Positions 48,776 through 61,497 of a stretch of DNA of 64,000 nt are shown piece after piece. Origin of the DNA: Podarcis muralis (taxonomy: Eukaryota); contig NC_135664.1 of NCBI RefSeq assembly GCF_964188315.1, positions 2,790,001 through 2,854,000 of the forward strand, written 5' to 3'. A model generated the notes under the pieces. The model saw nothing but the letters and a program-made list of their open reading frames with translations. It was not told where the DNA came from and made no database searches. A program made the translations under genes and the position numbers. How positions within the stretch are numbered: the first letter of the stretch is position 1; the number at the start of each line of letters is the position of its first letter.

Positions 48776-49989
48776 CGTGTAGATCAGGCATACGTCTTAA
48801 TGCACAAATGAGCTATGCACAGGAGGTGTGTAATGCCTCAAGTAACCGCCTAAGAATGATATAGCTAAACACAACATGCATTCTCTCTCCATAGCACTGC
48901 TTGCCCCTTTAGTCCTGTATAAAATCTCAGCCCATATACTTGGGTTGTTTTTAGAACAGTGGCTTGAATCTGTTTTTGGTTTTTTTAATGGCTTTGCCTT
49001 CCTTCATTCCAAACAACAACTTCCTGGGAGAGTCTTTGAAGCATGAAAAGGCATTTTTGATTATTGCCAAAGGGATAATCTTTCAGCACTAACATGTAGT
49101 CAGTCATCAGTGCTCTCAAAGCAGGGCTTTGGGGCAGATATCCATGGCCCTGACTTAGCAGAATGAGCATGAGAACCCCAAACATAGATAGTCTGGCTTA
49201 CTACATTCTGAAGTAAGTGAAATAATACACATGGAGATGGTGTGAGACCGTTAAGTCCAGAATCTAACATGACCTCACTGTGCCACTGTGGGTAGCTGAG
49301 GGCACTTCTTCTGGGAGGAGACAAGGAAGTTGCCTTCATGTAAGCATTATGGGGGAAACCTAACCCAAAAATAGTGATTTTAAACCTTTGGAGCTGTTTC
49401 CACTGCTTTTTCCATTGCATTGCCATACATCCGGGTTCCCCCTGACATTTTCCTGACATATGGCAAGCCTACCTTCATGGGTCCCGGTGAGTTTTCTGTG
49501 TTTGCTGCTATAGTAGGCAGCTTCATTGAAATAATTGAAACTGGATTTTCTTTGGAGTCACTTGAGAAGCTACTAAGGAACTGATTATGTGGCTTCTCTC
49601 TAGAGACAATATTTCCGTCTGGGACCTGGCAGTGGAATGTAAGTAACACCGCCTCTCTACCACTGAGATATTCACAAGAGAGGGAGGAAATGGAGGCACA
49701 CACTGGGAGGCCATTACTAATTGCTCAGAGTACAGTTAATGCTAACAGGGCAGCAATTTGCATTGTGAAGCCTTTTAACAACGTGCAAGTCTAGCCACAC
49801 TGACATGGCTAAACATCTCATATGGAAAAATACCATCAAAAGGAGGAGGGTTAACGAAACAGAGAACCAGTGGCAAATTACAATGTTTCTTGGGTGATAC
49901 TTGTTTGGTTTATGCAGTGGTGGAAGAGTCACAAGATTAGACCATGTAATGCCTGCTCCCTAAAGGCAGGGCTGGCTGCTCTAGGAGTC

Positions 49990-50130
49990 AGAATCACAGA
50001 ACTGTAGAGTTGCCAGGGACCACAAGGCTCATCTAGTCCAGCCTCCTGCGATGCAGGAAACTTTTTGCCCAACGCGTGGCTTGAACCCACCATCCTGAGA
50101 TTAAGTCTTTTGCTCTACCAACTGAGCTAT
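49990..50130 (-). mobile_element. Short SINE: tRNA-Lys(CTT)-derived head plus CR1-derived 3' tail
   Basis: Minus strand ATAGCTCAGTTGGTAGAGCAAAAGACTTAATCTCAGGATGGTGGGTTCAAGCCACGCGTTGGGC follows vertebrate tRNA-Lys; it is joined to ...GGACTAGATGAGCC..CAACTCTACAGTTCTGTGATTCT (CR1 terminus). Confidence 0.8.
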
Positions 50131-51519
50131 TGAAGTAGCAAAGAAAATTGGTAAAAGTTACAGGTATTTCTCTCCCATTCCTTTATCCAGGTAGGTTAAA
50201 ATCCTGGTTAAGAGAGAGAAGAAGGAACAGGAATGCTCCCCTCAATTTTAAGTATCCTCTTTCCAAGTTCCAAAAATGTCTGCCTGGCTCCTAAAATTTC
50301 TGCTCCCTTGCTTGGTTCAGGAGATAGACACCCTTCACCTGACAACGCAGCTCCTTCCATTTCTCAAAAACTCTGAAACTGTTGGGGTTTGCACTTAGAG
50401 CTCTACATACAAATGGGCTTGGACTTCCCCTCCTCTCTGTCATTTTATGTTTGCAGAAACAGCAATGAATAATTATATCCCTAGACATTTTGCTTGGGGG
50501 GGGGGGGATCTACCATGCAGCCAGAGCTTGACATGCTTGGATTCTTTGGGGAACAGATAGATTAACTCCTAGTCAAAAACAGTTAACAATTCTGCTTTCA
50601 TAATTTGCAATGTTAAATGACTCTGGCTAGTGAAGCATGCACAGTGTCTTCCAGAGACAGAATCCCTCCTAGAATTTTCCTGAAGTCTTTAATTTAAATT
50701 GATAGGATTTGTAATCTCCAACACCTTAAAGCTGAGGTGAAGACTACCTCTGCAGTTCTCTTGGGGACATGCACACCGAAGAACATGGGCCGGCTGTCTT
50801 CTCAATGAGACAAGCAGGATGCCTGCTCTGATAAAAATTAGGTATGTTGGGGGCTGAGTCCTGGGCCACTTGCACTGGGACCCAGGTCTCCTGCGCTTCC
50901 TCCTTTTTAAAGCCTAAACGTTTCTTTAAACTTTGCTTACAGCACTTCTGGGCAGGTCACAAAGCTCACAGTGCCAAAGAGACCACAGGTACCGACCATC
51001 TTTAGTTTATCTGAGACCTAAATGTGCATCTATACTAGGGATGTGGGAGAAATTTTATATGGCCCACATTTAAATGCAAACGTACCTAATTCAAACTTTC
51101 CAAAACTATGTGTCAACCAATCCCTCAAAATTCACACTTCTCCAAATTATATTTCTCCAGTAACATAATGTGTATAAAACTAGGGTGAAGCATGCACATA
51201 GATGCATACATTAGAGAAATTAACATATAAAATGCATTTGGGGAATTGATTTGCAATTATTTAAAATTGTGGAAATATGGAGACTTCAACTTAAGGACAG
51301 TGCTTAGTTCCTTTTTTGGTTGCTATTTTGTTAATGTTGTTTGTGTTGTTTTATAGATTATGAATGCTGTAGTACTTTGTGAATCCTATTACTTTTATTG
51401 TAATTGTGCTGTTAAACTTATTTTTTTAGTTGTTTTGCTAATAATGTTTCATAGATTGTAATTGTTTTAGTGATGATTTGTAAATTATTCTAGATAATTT
51501 GTGTTATATTTGTGATGTT

Positions 51520-52716
51520 CTATGGCAAGTTCTTAAAGAAATGGGAGTGCCTGATCACCTCATCTGTCTCCTGAGAAATCTCTAGATGGGACAAGAAGCT
51601 ACAGTTAGAACTGGATATGGAATAACAGATTGGTTCAAAATTGGGAAAGGAGTACGACAAGGCTGTATATTGTCTCCCTGCTTATTTAACTTATATGCAG
51701 AATTCATCATGCAAAAGGCTGGGCTGGATGAATCCCTAGCCGGAATTAAGATTGCTGGAAGAAATATCAACAACCTCAGATATGCAGATGACACAACCTT
51801 GATGGCAGAAAGTGAGGAGGAATTAAAGAACCTTTTATTGAGGGTGAAAGAGGAGAGCGCAAAATATGGTCTGAAGCTCAACATCAAAAAAACGAAGATC
51901 ATGGCCACTGGTCCCATCACCTCCTGGCAAATAGAAGGGGAAGAAATGGAGGCAGTGAGAGATTTTACTTTCCTGGGCTCCATGATCACTGCAGATGGTG
52001 ACAGCAGTCATGAAATTAAAAGACGCCTGCTTCTTGGGAGAAAAGCGATGACAAACCTAGACAGCATCTTAAAAAGCAGAGACATCATCTTGCCAGCAAA
52101 GGTCCATATAGTTGAAGCTTTGGTTTTCCCAGTAATGAATTATGGAAGTGAGAGCTGGACCATCAAGAAGGCTGATCGCCGAAGAATTGATGCTTTTGAA
52201 TTCTGGTGCTGGAGGAGACTCTTGAGAGTCCCATGGACTGCAAGAAGATCAAACCTATCCATTCTGAAGGAAATCAGCCCTGAGTGCTCACTGGAAGGAC
52301 AGATCCTGAAGTTGAGGCTCCAAGACTTTGGCCACCTCATGAGAAGAGAAGACTCCCTGGAAAAGACCCTGATGTTGGGAAAGATTGAGGGCACAAGGAG
52401 AAGGGGACGACAGAGGACGAGATGGTGGGACAGTGTTCTTGAAGCTACCAGCATGAGTTTGACCAAACTGCGGAAGGCAGTGGAAGCAGTGGCGGAGCTT
52501 CATGCTCCAACAGCGGGGGGGGGCGGAGAGCAGGCAGGGCCGGGGCTGGCATGCATCCCAGGGGCGTGACACACGACCTGGGGTGTCACGGGGCGGAGCG
52601 CTCCCCCCCACTCCTCTTCCTCCGCCAGTGAGTGGAAGACAGGAGTGCCTGGCGTGCTCTGGTCCATGGGGTCAAGAAGAATCGGACACAACTAAATGAC
52701 TAAACAACAACAACAA
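51520..52716 (+). mobile_element. 5'-truncated RTE-BovB LINE with a nested MITE
   Basis: ORF 51586-52569 (GVRQGCILSP, LRYADD) is highly similar to 12230-13263; tail GACTAAACAACAACAAC. Confidence 0.95.
52487..52630. mobile_element. hAT-type MITE, 144 bp, inserted into BovB
   Basis: TIR CAGTGGCGGAG ... CTCCGCCAGTG (1 mismatch); perfect 8-bp TSD AGTGGAAG at 52479-86 and 52631-38; BovB sequence resumes exactly after it. Confidence 0.92.
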
Positions 52717-55700
52717 TTATGTTGTTGTTATTTATTGTTTGTAAACTGCTTTGCAATTCATGTGGCATAGAAAGCAATCAAATCAAAATGCAAAACTGAG
52801 GGAAAGCGAAACTGACAGATTCGCCCATCCCAAATCGAGACATATAAAGTAGCATATGCAAATGTTATGGAAATATGTATCATAGGCCTGTGTCCTGAGT
52901 GTTTTAAATACCAAGCAATGCCTCTGGCAAAAAAGCAGGAGGAAAAGGTGCAATGCGTGTTATATACTTTACAGAACTGAAATGCTATGGAACATGCACA
53001 TGATGTTGACATGACTTCTCAGTCCAGGAAAGGCACCAGGCAGTTGTCTGAAGCCCTTGCTGTGGTTTAGCTTTGAGCTGCATTGTTATATGAATCTCCT
53101 GGGATGCTTACACAACACCTGTTGGCCAAAATGAATGCATGATTGTCCCCCGAAATAGTCACCTCACAAAATTATTTTTACTGCACACACAGAAATGTGT
53201 GCAGTAAAAATAATTTGCTATAAAAGGCATAATTCATCCAATGAAAGGAACAAGGGGGATGCCCTCATAAATCTGCTAGTCTTTAAGGAGCTACAAGATT
53301 CTTTGTTGCGTTTGCTACAGCAGACTAACACATCTACCCCTCTGGAAGTCATTAAAAGGGTTAGAGTTGCTAACATTTGACTTCAGATCTGCAGGGAGGC
53401 AGGGCTATTTGCTTTTGGAAAGTCTGATGTGTGAATGAGGGGCTTCCTTTGGGAGTACACTAAAGTAACAGAAATTAGGATCCCAGGCCACCCCACGGTC
53501 TGCACCTGAAATACTCTGCCAGATCAGCTGCAGTCTTCAATAAGGAAATGATTAGAAGCCCATCTCTTTCCATCACAAGCCTGACGCCTTTGCATGCAGC
53601 AGCTCAGTCTTCCATCACTGGGTGTAATTATAATCATTATGGAGAAAACACAGAGGAGTTATTGAACAGTCACAGTGTTTAAGTACCTACTAATTAAATA
53701 ACGCATAGTACAAGGGCAGCCCAGATTGACTCTCGCCAAGAATAGCCAGGGCCTGTGGCATCCACCTAAATTAAAAAACCTTCTCAGAATGATAACTTCA
53801 AGTAACTGCACAGTTTGGAAGCAGCTGTGGGAGAATTAGAACACAACTAAATTATGTGCAAATGCTGTGGTTTTCATCAGCAGTCTCTGACGGATACAAA
53901 TCTGAATGACAGAATAACCACAAGTATTGTTTATGGGTTGAAGTCCTTTCATGTTTGAAAGACGGCAGGGAGGGGAGACAAAAGGAGAGTTCTAATCCTT
54001 TTCCCAACAAGACCCTCCCCACTTTTGTTTGCAGTGGCAGCACAGACATTGAGAAGCAACTTCCTTAAGATTAACACTGTAAGGTGTGAGAACACCCCAT
54101 TAGGCTAAGCTGATAATTTGGTTTATGCTTTCTTCTTCTATTTTCCATGGTCTGTCTTGCCTAATTATATGTTTTTAAGGACCAACATTCCGTATAACAT
54201 ACAACATACTAGACAATTAACGAAGTTCACATTCATAAATCAACAGTCACAAACATATCAAATTCCCATCGATTTCAATAGAATTGAGCACCAGCTAATA
54301 GGATGAACTAGCAGACACTTCAAAACCAACAAACAGGCACAATAACCAACAGAGTTGTCCTTGACAGAATCAACATAAACAGAGAATTCCTGCCTGCAAC
54401 ATTTACACTTGAGAACATTGTTCGATTGGTCAGACATTGAATTGTTATTGTCTTCGGGAGGGCAGGACAGACTGAAAAATAAGGATCAGTGGGCAAAAAC
54501 AGCATTAAATATTGAAAGGATAATTTCAAGGCAGGGTACATAAAAGGTTTATACAACTCAATTGCCGAACCTTGTCTAATATTTATCCAATAATAATAGG
54601 TCATTTGTGGGTAATCATTGATCTCAGAATATCTGAACTGGACACACACACACACAAAGTGATTTTTATGCAGAGCTGCTGAAGACAAAGTATTGGTTTG
54701 CACTTGCAGAACTCAAGTGTTCTGCTAAATGTTAGCATTCTGTGATTACAGTATATGCAATAGAGTCCCACATTTTTAGGCAATAGTTGTAAAGGAGCCT
54801 TCTTTAAGGGTTTTGATTACTTAGATTGTAATTACACTTCCTGGCTTCCAAACCCTTATCCTATGAGTTCTGTGAACCAGAATTTGTTCTCCCAGTACCC
54901 AACTATAACAGGGAGGTTAAGGTACAACCACCTCCTCTGATGAGATGGCTTAAAGCCTAAACTCTTCAGAAATATTGTGATGTGAGGTACGTCATATATG
55001 CTAGGTAACATGATTATTACCCTTCTCCTTCCCCCTCTGGCTGAAATCCTGTGCCCCCCTAACGTGGGAGCTGGTGTTGTGCAGAGCCACTGCTAAGCCA
55101 TCTCCAAGCAGCGGCTTTTCTTGTCAGAAGCAGCCTTCAGGTATGCATGGTTACCCACACATGAATATGCTCCCATGTCAAAATGCAGAAACTGTGAAAG
55201 ACCAGCACATGATATTGCTATGTCTCAGAATCAGCCAGCATGCATCCATACATTTGTTTGTTTAACCATACAAAAACTAGCAACTGTTTCAAGGGAGCTT
55301 TGTTTCTAACACCTTAAAACCAGAATCAGCGTCTGATGCTCATTACATGAAAGAACTGTGTCAATGGAAAAATGGCTTCCCCATCTCCATTTCTCAAAAG
55401 ACCACCCAAGATGCAGTGAAACATTTTGCTTCTATGGAAGCCAACAGATAAAGGAACTTTCTTTATGTAAAAAGGAAGAGAGAAAATTGGATTGTCTAGA
55501 AATCTCACCAGTCACAAAACTACTGGACCACCTTCCCTCCCCCCAACTTATTTCCCAGCTTTTAGGATAATGAGTCACGTATCTATAAAGTACACAAACA
55601 CCATATAATTTTACAAACAATGTTTGGACTCAGGTGTCTTCAGTCTGAAAAATGTTAAATCTGGAAAAAATATGAAAGGGAGAGGTATTAAATTGAGTAA

Positions 55701-56192
55701 GCTATTTTTAATGGACAATTTGCTGCATTCAGATGTCATTCTGGGATCATCAGTACTTATACAAATGTACTTAATGATCAGAACTAATTATAGCTTAGTA
55801 TATAAATGGAAGTCATGCCTGTGTCTGGTGATAAACAGGATACAGTTCCTCCTTTGGTTCAGATTTCTGCCTGCGCAATCACAAGCAGGGCTGAGTAGTG
55901 CAGACAGTGGCTTTTCTGCAAGACAGGGATCAGGATTTTGCCTCTTAATGTAAAATAATTGCTACTGGTAACCTGCTTAAAGAAGAATGTAAATCCTTGG
56001 ATTTTTCATGCTAGTGTCACACTGAAAAAGTAACCAGCTGAAGCTGGTTATCACCTATACAGCAATGTATTTGTATCAGGGCAGTCAAACATCCCTACTG
56101 TCATTCCCATTTGTTCTTCAGAAGGAAGCGGGGGGTGAGCCCCAAATTCAGGGCACATCACTGAACATGAAGCATTGTGCTGTGTCAATGTT

Positions 56193-56517
56193 CCTGAAGG
56201 AGCGTCTCCACCCCCATCGTTCTGCCCGGATGCTGAGGTCCAGCACCGAGGGCCTTCTGGCAGTTCCCTCATTGCGAGAAGCAAAGCTACAGGGAACCAG
56301 GCAGAGGGCCTTCTCGGTAGTGGCACCCGCCTTGTGGAACGCCCTCCCATCAGATGTCAAAGCGATAAATAACTACCTGACATTCAGAAGACATCTTAAG
56401 GCAGCCCTGTTCAGGGAAGTTTTTAATCTGTGATATTTTACTGTATCTTTGGTTTTTATGGAAGCCGCCCAGAGTGGCTGGGGAAACCCAGCCAGATGGG
56501 TGGGGTACAAATAATAA

Positions 56518-56560
<43 letters not shown>
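56193..56560 (+). mobile_element. L2 LINE 3' fragment with (TTA)n tail
   Basis: LKERLHPHRSARMLRSSTEGLLAVPSLREAKLQG...FREVFN matches the RT end at 41556; tail at 56519-56560. Confidence 0.94.
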
Positions 56561-56561
<1 letters not shown>

Positions 56562-56704
56562 GTATTGAACTTGGACCTAGAGAGCAGGTCCAACATCTCA
56601 CCAGGCTACAAATCTCTCTCTCTCAGCCTAACATGGTAAATGTAAATACAGGAAACCACAAGCTTGTTTTCTCCTGCTTTGGAGGCTAGGACCTGAACCA
56701 ATGA

Positions 56705-56944
56705 TTCAAGTTATAAGAAAGGAGATTCTGAATAAACATAAAAAATAATGTTCTGATAGTAAGAGCTTTTGACAGTGGAACAGACTCCCATGAGAAGCAT
56801 TGGCCTCTCCTTCCTTGGGGGATTTTAAGCAGATGTTGGACGGCCATTTGTCATGGATGCTTTAGCTGAGATTCCTGCATTGCAGGGGGTTGGACTAGAT
56901 GACCCCTGGGGTCCCTTCCCACTCTACAGTTCTACAATTCTATG
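56705..56944 (+). mobile_element. CR1 3' fragment
   Basis: Diverged RT-end remnant followed by GGGGTTGGACTAGATGACC..CTCTACAGTTCTACAATTCTATGA. Confidence 0.8.
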
Positions 56945-59900
56945 AATCAGGTTTCCTGTTTAACCAGCATTAAATCTTTAAATTATTATGCAGTGCAGCT
57001 GACTGCTTCTACATTTTGCTTGTTGCATTTTGTCCTTAGTAGTTGCCAACTACCCATTATTTCACTCATCCAACCAGTTTAAACATGCCTCTAATATTCA
57101 GATCCTGGAGCGGGGGGAAACTCCTGGTGAACCTCAGAGCTGGTTCAAGTAAGTTATTGTTCCCGGACCCTCTGCCTAGACCTGCCAGGGACAACTCTCC
57201 TAGTTTGCCCACGGCCCTATCAGAGGATTCAGCATTTCGGAAAACTTAGAACTCTACAGGCAAGCTCTAGGTGGCAGAGGGTGCTAAGGGTTGCAGACTG
57301 AACTGTGGATGACCTTGCACTTCCCACAGAGGGGCTGTGCTGAATTTGCTGCCCACTTTTCATCCTGTGAGTCAATTATTCTGAAGAACATGAAGGCTTA
57401 GCTATTGCTAACCCTGGTGACAATAATAGGACCTGGTTTCGTGGGGAAACCATAGGTATTAGAAAACAATGCCATTTTGAAAAGCACAATTTATTTATTT
57501 TTACAATTACAGATTAACCATTTATCATAGTTAACAGTTAATAGACCTGTAAAATTTAGGTTAAATTTGCTGGCTAGTCACACAGCTTTAACAAATCAAT
57601 TACAATTTTGATCTCAACCATTTATAGGTATAGATAAGCCATACCTAACTATAAAATGGGTGCTGGAAGAAAAGGGACAACTTTGAGTGAGAAATTAAAT
57701 TTAAAACAAAATTAAGCAGTAATATTGGATATGGCATTTAAAACTAAAACTAAAATTAATCGAGGAATGGTGCCACTATGAGTAGCACAGCATAGAGCAC
57801 TCAAGAGCCTCTCTCGTGAGACTGTTGCCATGACACTCAAAGGCACTTACTATGATCACAGACTATGAATATTCTGCCCTCTGATTGATAGTCTGTTGCT
57901 TTTCCCTTCATGTAAGCAAATGTGATGACAGTATTAAGCAATTACTACTAATGTCATCCAGCTGCTTCACTGCTCCCTGTGCAACAATATTTCTGAACTG
58001 CCAACAAAATAGCAAAGCTATAGGTGCATCTGTTGTTTTTCACAAGTCTATGCCCCAGGATGATCTAGCAGGGAAGAGGCTGTAGCTTCATCCCATTATG
58101 AAGGCTCCTCTCTTTTGGGTTATGTTTTGAGGTGCTTCAATAGATACTACCTTCTCCATAATGCTCCTTCCTAGGTTCAGAGAATGAACATTCACTGCAG
58201 TACCTCTCCTCCTGATTTATTCACGAGTAGATCTGTTCTAGAGCAGGTGCCCCATGTGTGGTCCTCTTTGAAATTGACGTCTCTATCACCTTGGTTGTTG
58301 CAGATCTATTTGTGTTGAGCTACAGCCCTTCCTCCTGCTTAATGGCAGGGCATCCAGTCCAGTTGCCATCATCTCCAGGTAGAAATGGGAATTGTGCCCA
58401 GGCATGAAAGCCAGGCATGCCACTGCCTGTCAGTGGAGATGAACCAAGGCTCTGACTCAGTATAAGGCAGCTTCCGAGGTTCCACCTGAGCTGCTGTTTC
58501 AAGTGGTGAAGGGCTACCCTAACTTTCTTGCCAGCTGCTGCCCCAGCTTGCCTCTGTGAATCCTTAATTATCTCAGTGCAGTTGTGTGCATAAATATATT
58601 TTGTATGTGAAGAAGCAGCAAAAGTTAAGAGAATGAGGAAGAAAACAAAATGGGTATTTCCCTTTCACACAATTTTCTATAATGACATCAGATATTGTTT
58701 TTAGTGTAGTGCCAAATTTTTTTAAATCTTAATCTTAAACTTTTTTATGAATGGCTAATATCCGTCCTTGTGAGTTGTGAACTGTGTTATACTACTTGTG
58801 GTTTGTATGAGTCCGCTGTTTTATTTGATTTGTTTTGTTGTGTTGTGCTTCATGATGGGCGTAATAGCCGAATAAACATTTGTTGTTGTTGTTGTTCCCT
58901 TTCACACACACTGCCAACTTGATCACATGTTTGTCCAAAGGCATAACACGCATCAGAACGTTTCATTGCAACAATGTGAAGACTTGGTAAGCAGTCCTGC
59001 ACCCGACACCATGGGCTGCATTTAACTGGGTTTAGAGCAGTGAGCTTCTCTAAATATCATGATTAAAACTACAGGCAAGCCTCAGGGAATTTGCAACAGA
59101 GAACACATCACTTTCCACAAACATCTTCCCCAGTTTGCAAACAATTTGAGATAGCCGGAATGGTTTAGAATTTGCTGACTTCAGTGTTGGCAAAATGGTG
59201 CCTCGCCCCAAAAGCCAGAGCCTGCCTTTAATTTAGAGTGCGATAGCCAGGAAATGCAAGAGCTTCCCTCTAGAGCTCTATCTGCTAGCTTCCGATAACA
59301 GCCCAGTAAAGTTCTCTGATTCAACGCTCTGCCCAGGCTTGTAAGCCTCTTTTGCATAGTGGCTTTAATCTCCCTGCTATTCCGCCCTACTCCAAGCTCA
59401 ATACATTATGGGTGATGCACAACTCTTCCAAGTGGGATACATCCTCAAATGAGTGGCAGGAACTTTGGAAGCCCAGCCAATCTCCGTGAAGGCAAGGGTC
59501 AGCCAGCAGAGTACTGGGCTTGGGGTGAACTGAAAGAGCAGCTGGACACAAGCATCATTCAGCTGGCTCCCCATTCCTAGCTTAGGAAGGCTTGCTGCAA
59601 GGCAGGAGCACTCCAAGTCAGGTTCTCTGCTTTTCCTCTTGACTACAGTTGGACTGCAATGACTAAGGCAGCATTACGGCTGCGTTCTGTTTCTGGAATG
59701 TAAAATGAAAGTGAGTCTCACAGTTGTGCTCTTAAGGCTGCAAACCTAGGCAGGCTGCCTGAGAGTAAACACCACGGAATACAGTGGGACTTGCCGTATA
59801 TTTTGAGTAAGTGTGTCTAGGATAACGGTGCTCTTAGTAAGGATGGAAGACAAATTTGATTCAGTTTGCATTTTAATGCAAACCTTCCTTGATCACACTT

Positions 59901-60307
59901 CCTAAAGAAGTATGTGAAACAAAAGACTGCTTATCCATCAAAATCCACACTTCCCCAAATTTTCCAATCTGAAATGGTCACAAAAATGATTGATTGATTG
60001 ATGCAATCTGTATTCTTTATATTTAAACAAAACTCTAAGCAGTTTATAACACAGGTCATATATTAGTTAAGATAACATACAAAAATGCATTATATTGTGT
60101 ATATAAAAATGTGTATATAAGGAGAAATATGCAGTAAAATGCTAACAAATTTTCATTTTTTAAAAAAAGAAAAAAAATCCACATACTGGTAAAGAAATTG
60201 GAAAAATAAGAGACTGGGAGAAACCAAAATTGACAGATAGGCATTTGTTTACACCCATTCTCATTCACATACTTCTCATGTAACAATAATAAAAAGTTTG
60301 TGAATTA

Positions 60308-60580
60308 AGCACTGCGGTTTACTGGTTTGAGTGTTGAGTTTTGAAACAGGAAATCCAGGTTCAAATCCTTGTTGGGTAAAAATGCTGACGGATGGTGTTG
60401 GAGAAGTCCCTGTGCTTCAGCCTGGCCATGATCAATGCCTGGCTACCTCTGAAGGAAACCACGGCCAGACCCCTTCCCCTTCCATGAGACCTGCTTCAGG
60501 TTGTGATGCCAGTGCAGGCGACTTCCTCCACCCCTGCTAGCCGGAGAGGAAAGAGGAAAGGAGAATATTGTGAGATATCG
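60308..60580 (+). mobile_element. Probable old tRNA-derived (MIR/CORE-like) SINE
   Basis: A-box-like GCGGTTTACTGGTT and B box GGTTCAAATCC; body highly diverged. Confidence 0.35.
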
Positions 60581-61441
60581 TAACGTAAGGGGTTTGTTTT
60601 TCCATATGAGAAATAGGTGTGTTTGGTTGGCATTTTCAGCAGCATCCAAGCACTGACTCCAACATCTAATTTATCACATGAACAAATCCTACTGAATCCA
60701 GTGGGATCAAGAATGGGACCACGTTTTTGTCTTTGCTTCTGGGAGTATCTGCTGTAGCCTCAGGGAATCTGCCCATGAACCGGCTGTTAAGAGGTGGGAT
60801 CAAGGGTGCATCCTTCCCCCACCTGCAGAGTGGAGGATACAGCCAACACAGTGCTTTGATTTTTGAAGGCGTGATTCAGCTCCTCTTGCAGCACACAGTC
60901 CGGGCAACATGAGGTTAACGCTTCTCGTCCTCACTCAGGCCACTACAACCCCTCGGCTGTCCTCAAGGTGCTATGAAATTGAATTGCTTCACTGAAATTA
61001 ACAGACTTAGAGCCAATATCGTTGTAAAAGCCTATAAAATTTAATACAGAATGATATGGGTTTTTTAAAAAACAGTCTTCCAGCAGTGCCATAGCTCTCT
61101 ATTATAAACTCCAGGCTGTTGTTTCCTATTAATTTTTATAGAGTCTTTGGTCAGGGATGAAAATGGCAGGTGTCTTTTGGATACCTGCCTGTAGGAGGGA
61201 AATTGTGGACACACCTACACCCAGATGAAAAAGCATGATAAAGGCAGAAATGCACCATAAGAGTGTTATTTTTAGCTCATGGACAATTAGCAGTGCTTTC
61301 CCCCTATTTATTTTAATTGTCCTGAGTAGCGTATGCCCTAAAAGCAATTTACTACTGCAAATGTTTCACAGCTCTTGCATAAAACAAAACACAGTCTTTT
61401 TTAAAAAACCAGGACTGTGCTGTATATCTGCACTGGAACAT

Positions 61442-61460
61442 TTATTATTATTATTATTAT

Positions 61461-61497
<37 letters not shown>
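61442..61497 (+). repeat. Compound microsatellite (TTA)n(CTA)n
   Basis: Direct read; source of the poly-Leu run in ORF 61235-61519. Confidence 0.95.

Noticed and set aside
54078-54925. Possible reverse-oriented LTR starting TGTAAGG
   Set aside because: Only an imperfect 4/5 TSD candidate and no terminal inverted repeat.
57366-57861. Possible reverse-oriented LTR (TGTGAG...TTTATT...ATCACA)
   Set aside because: Flanks CATCC and GACTA give no TSD; boundaries unsupported.
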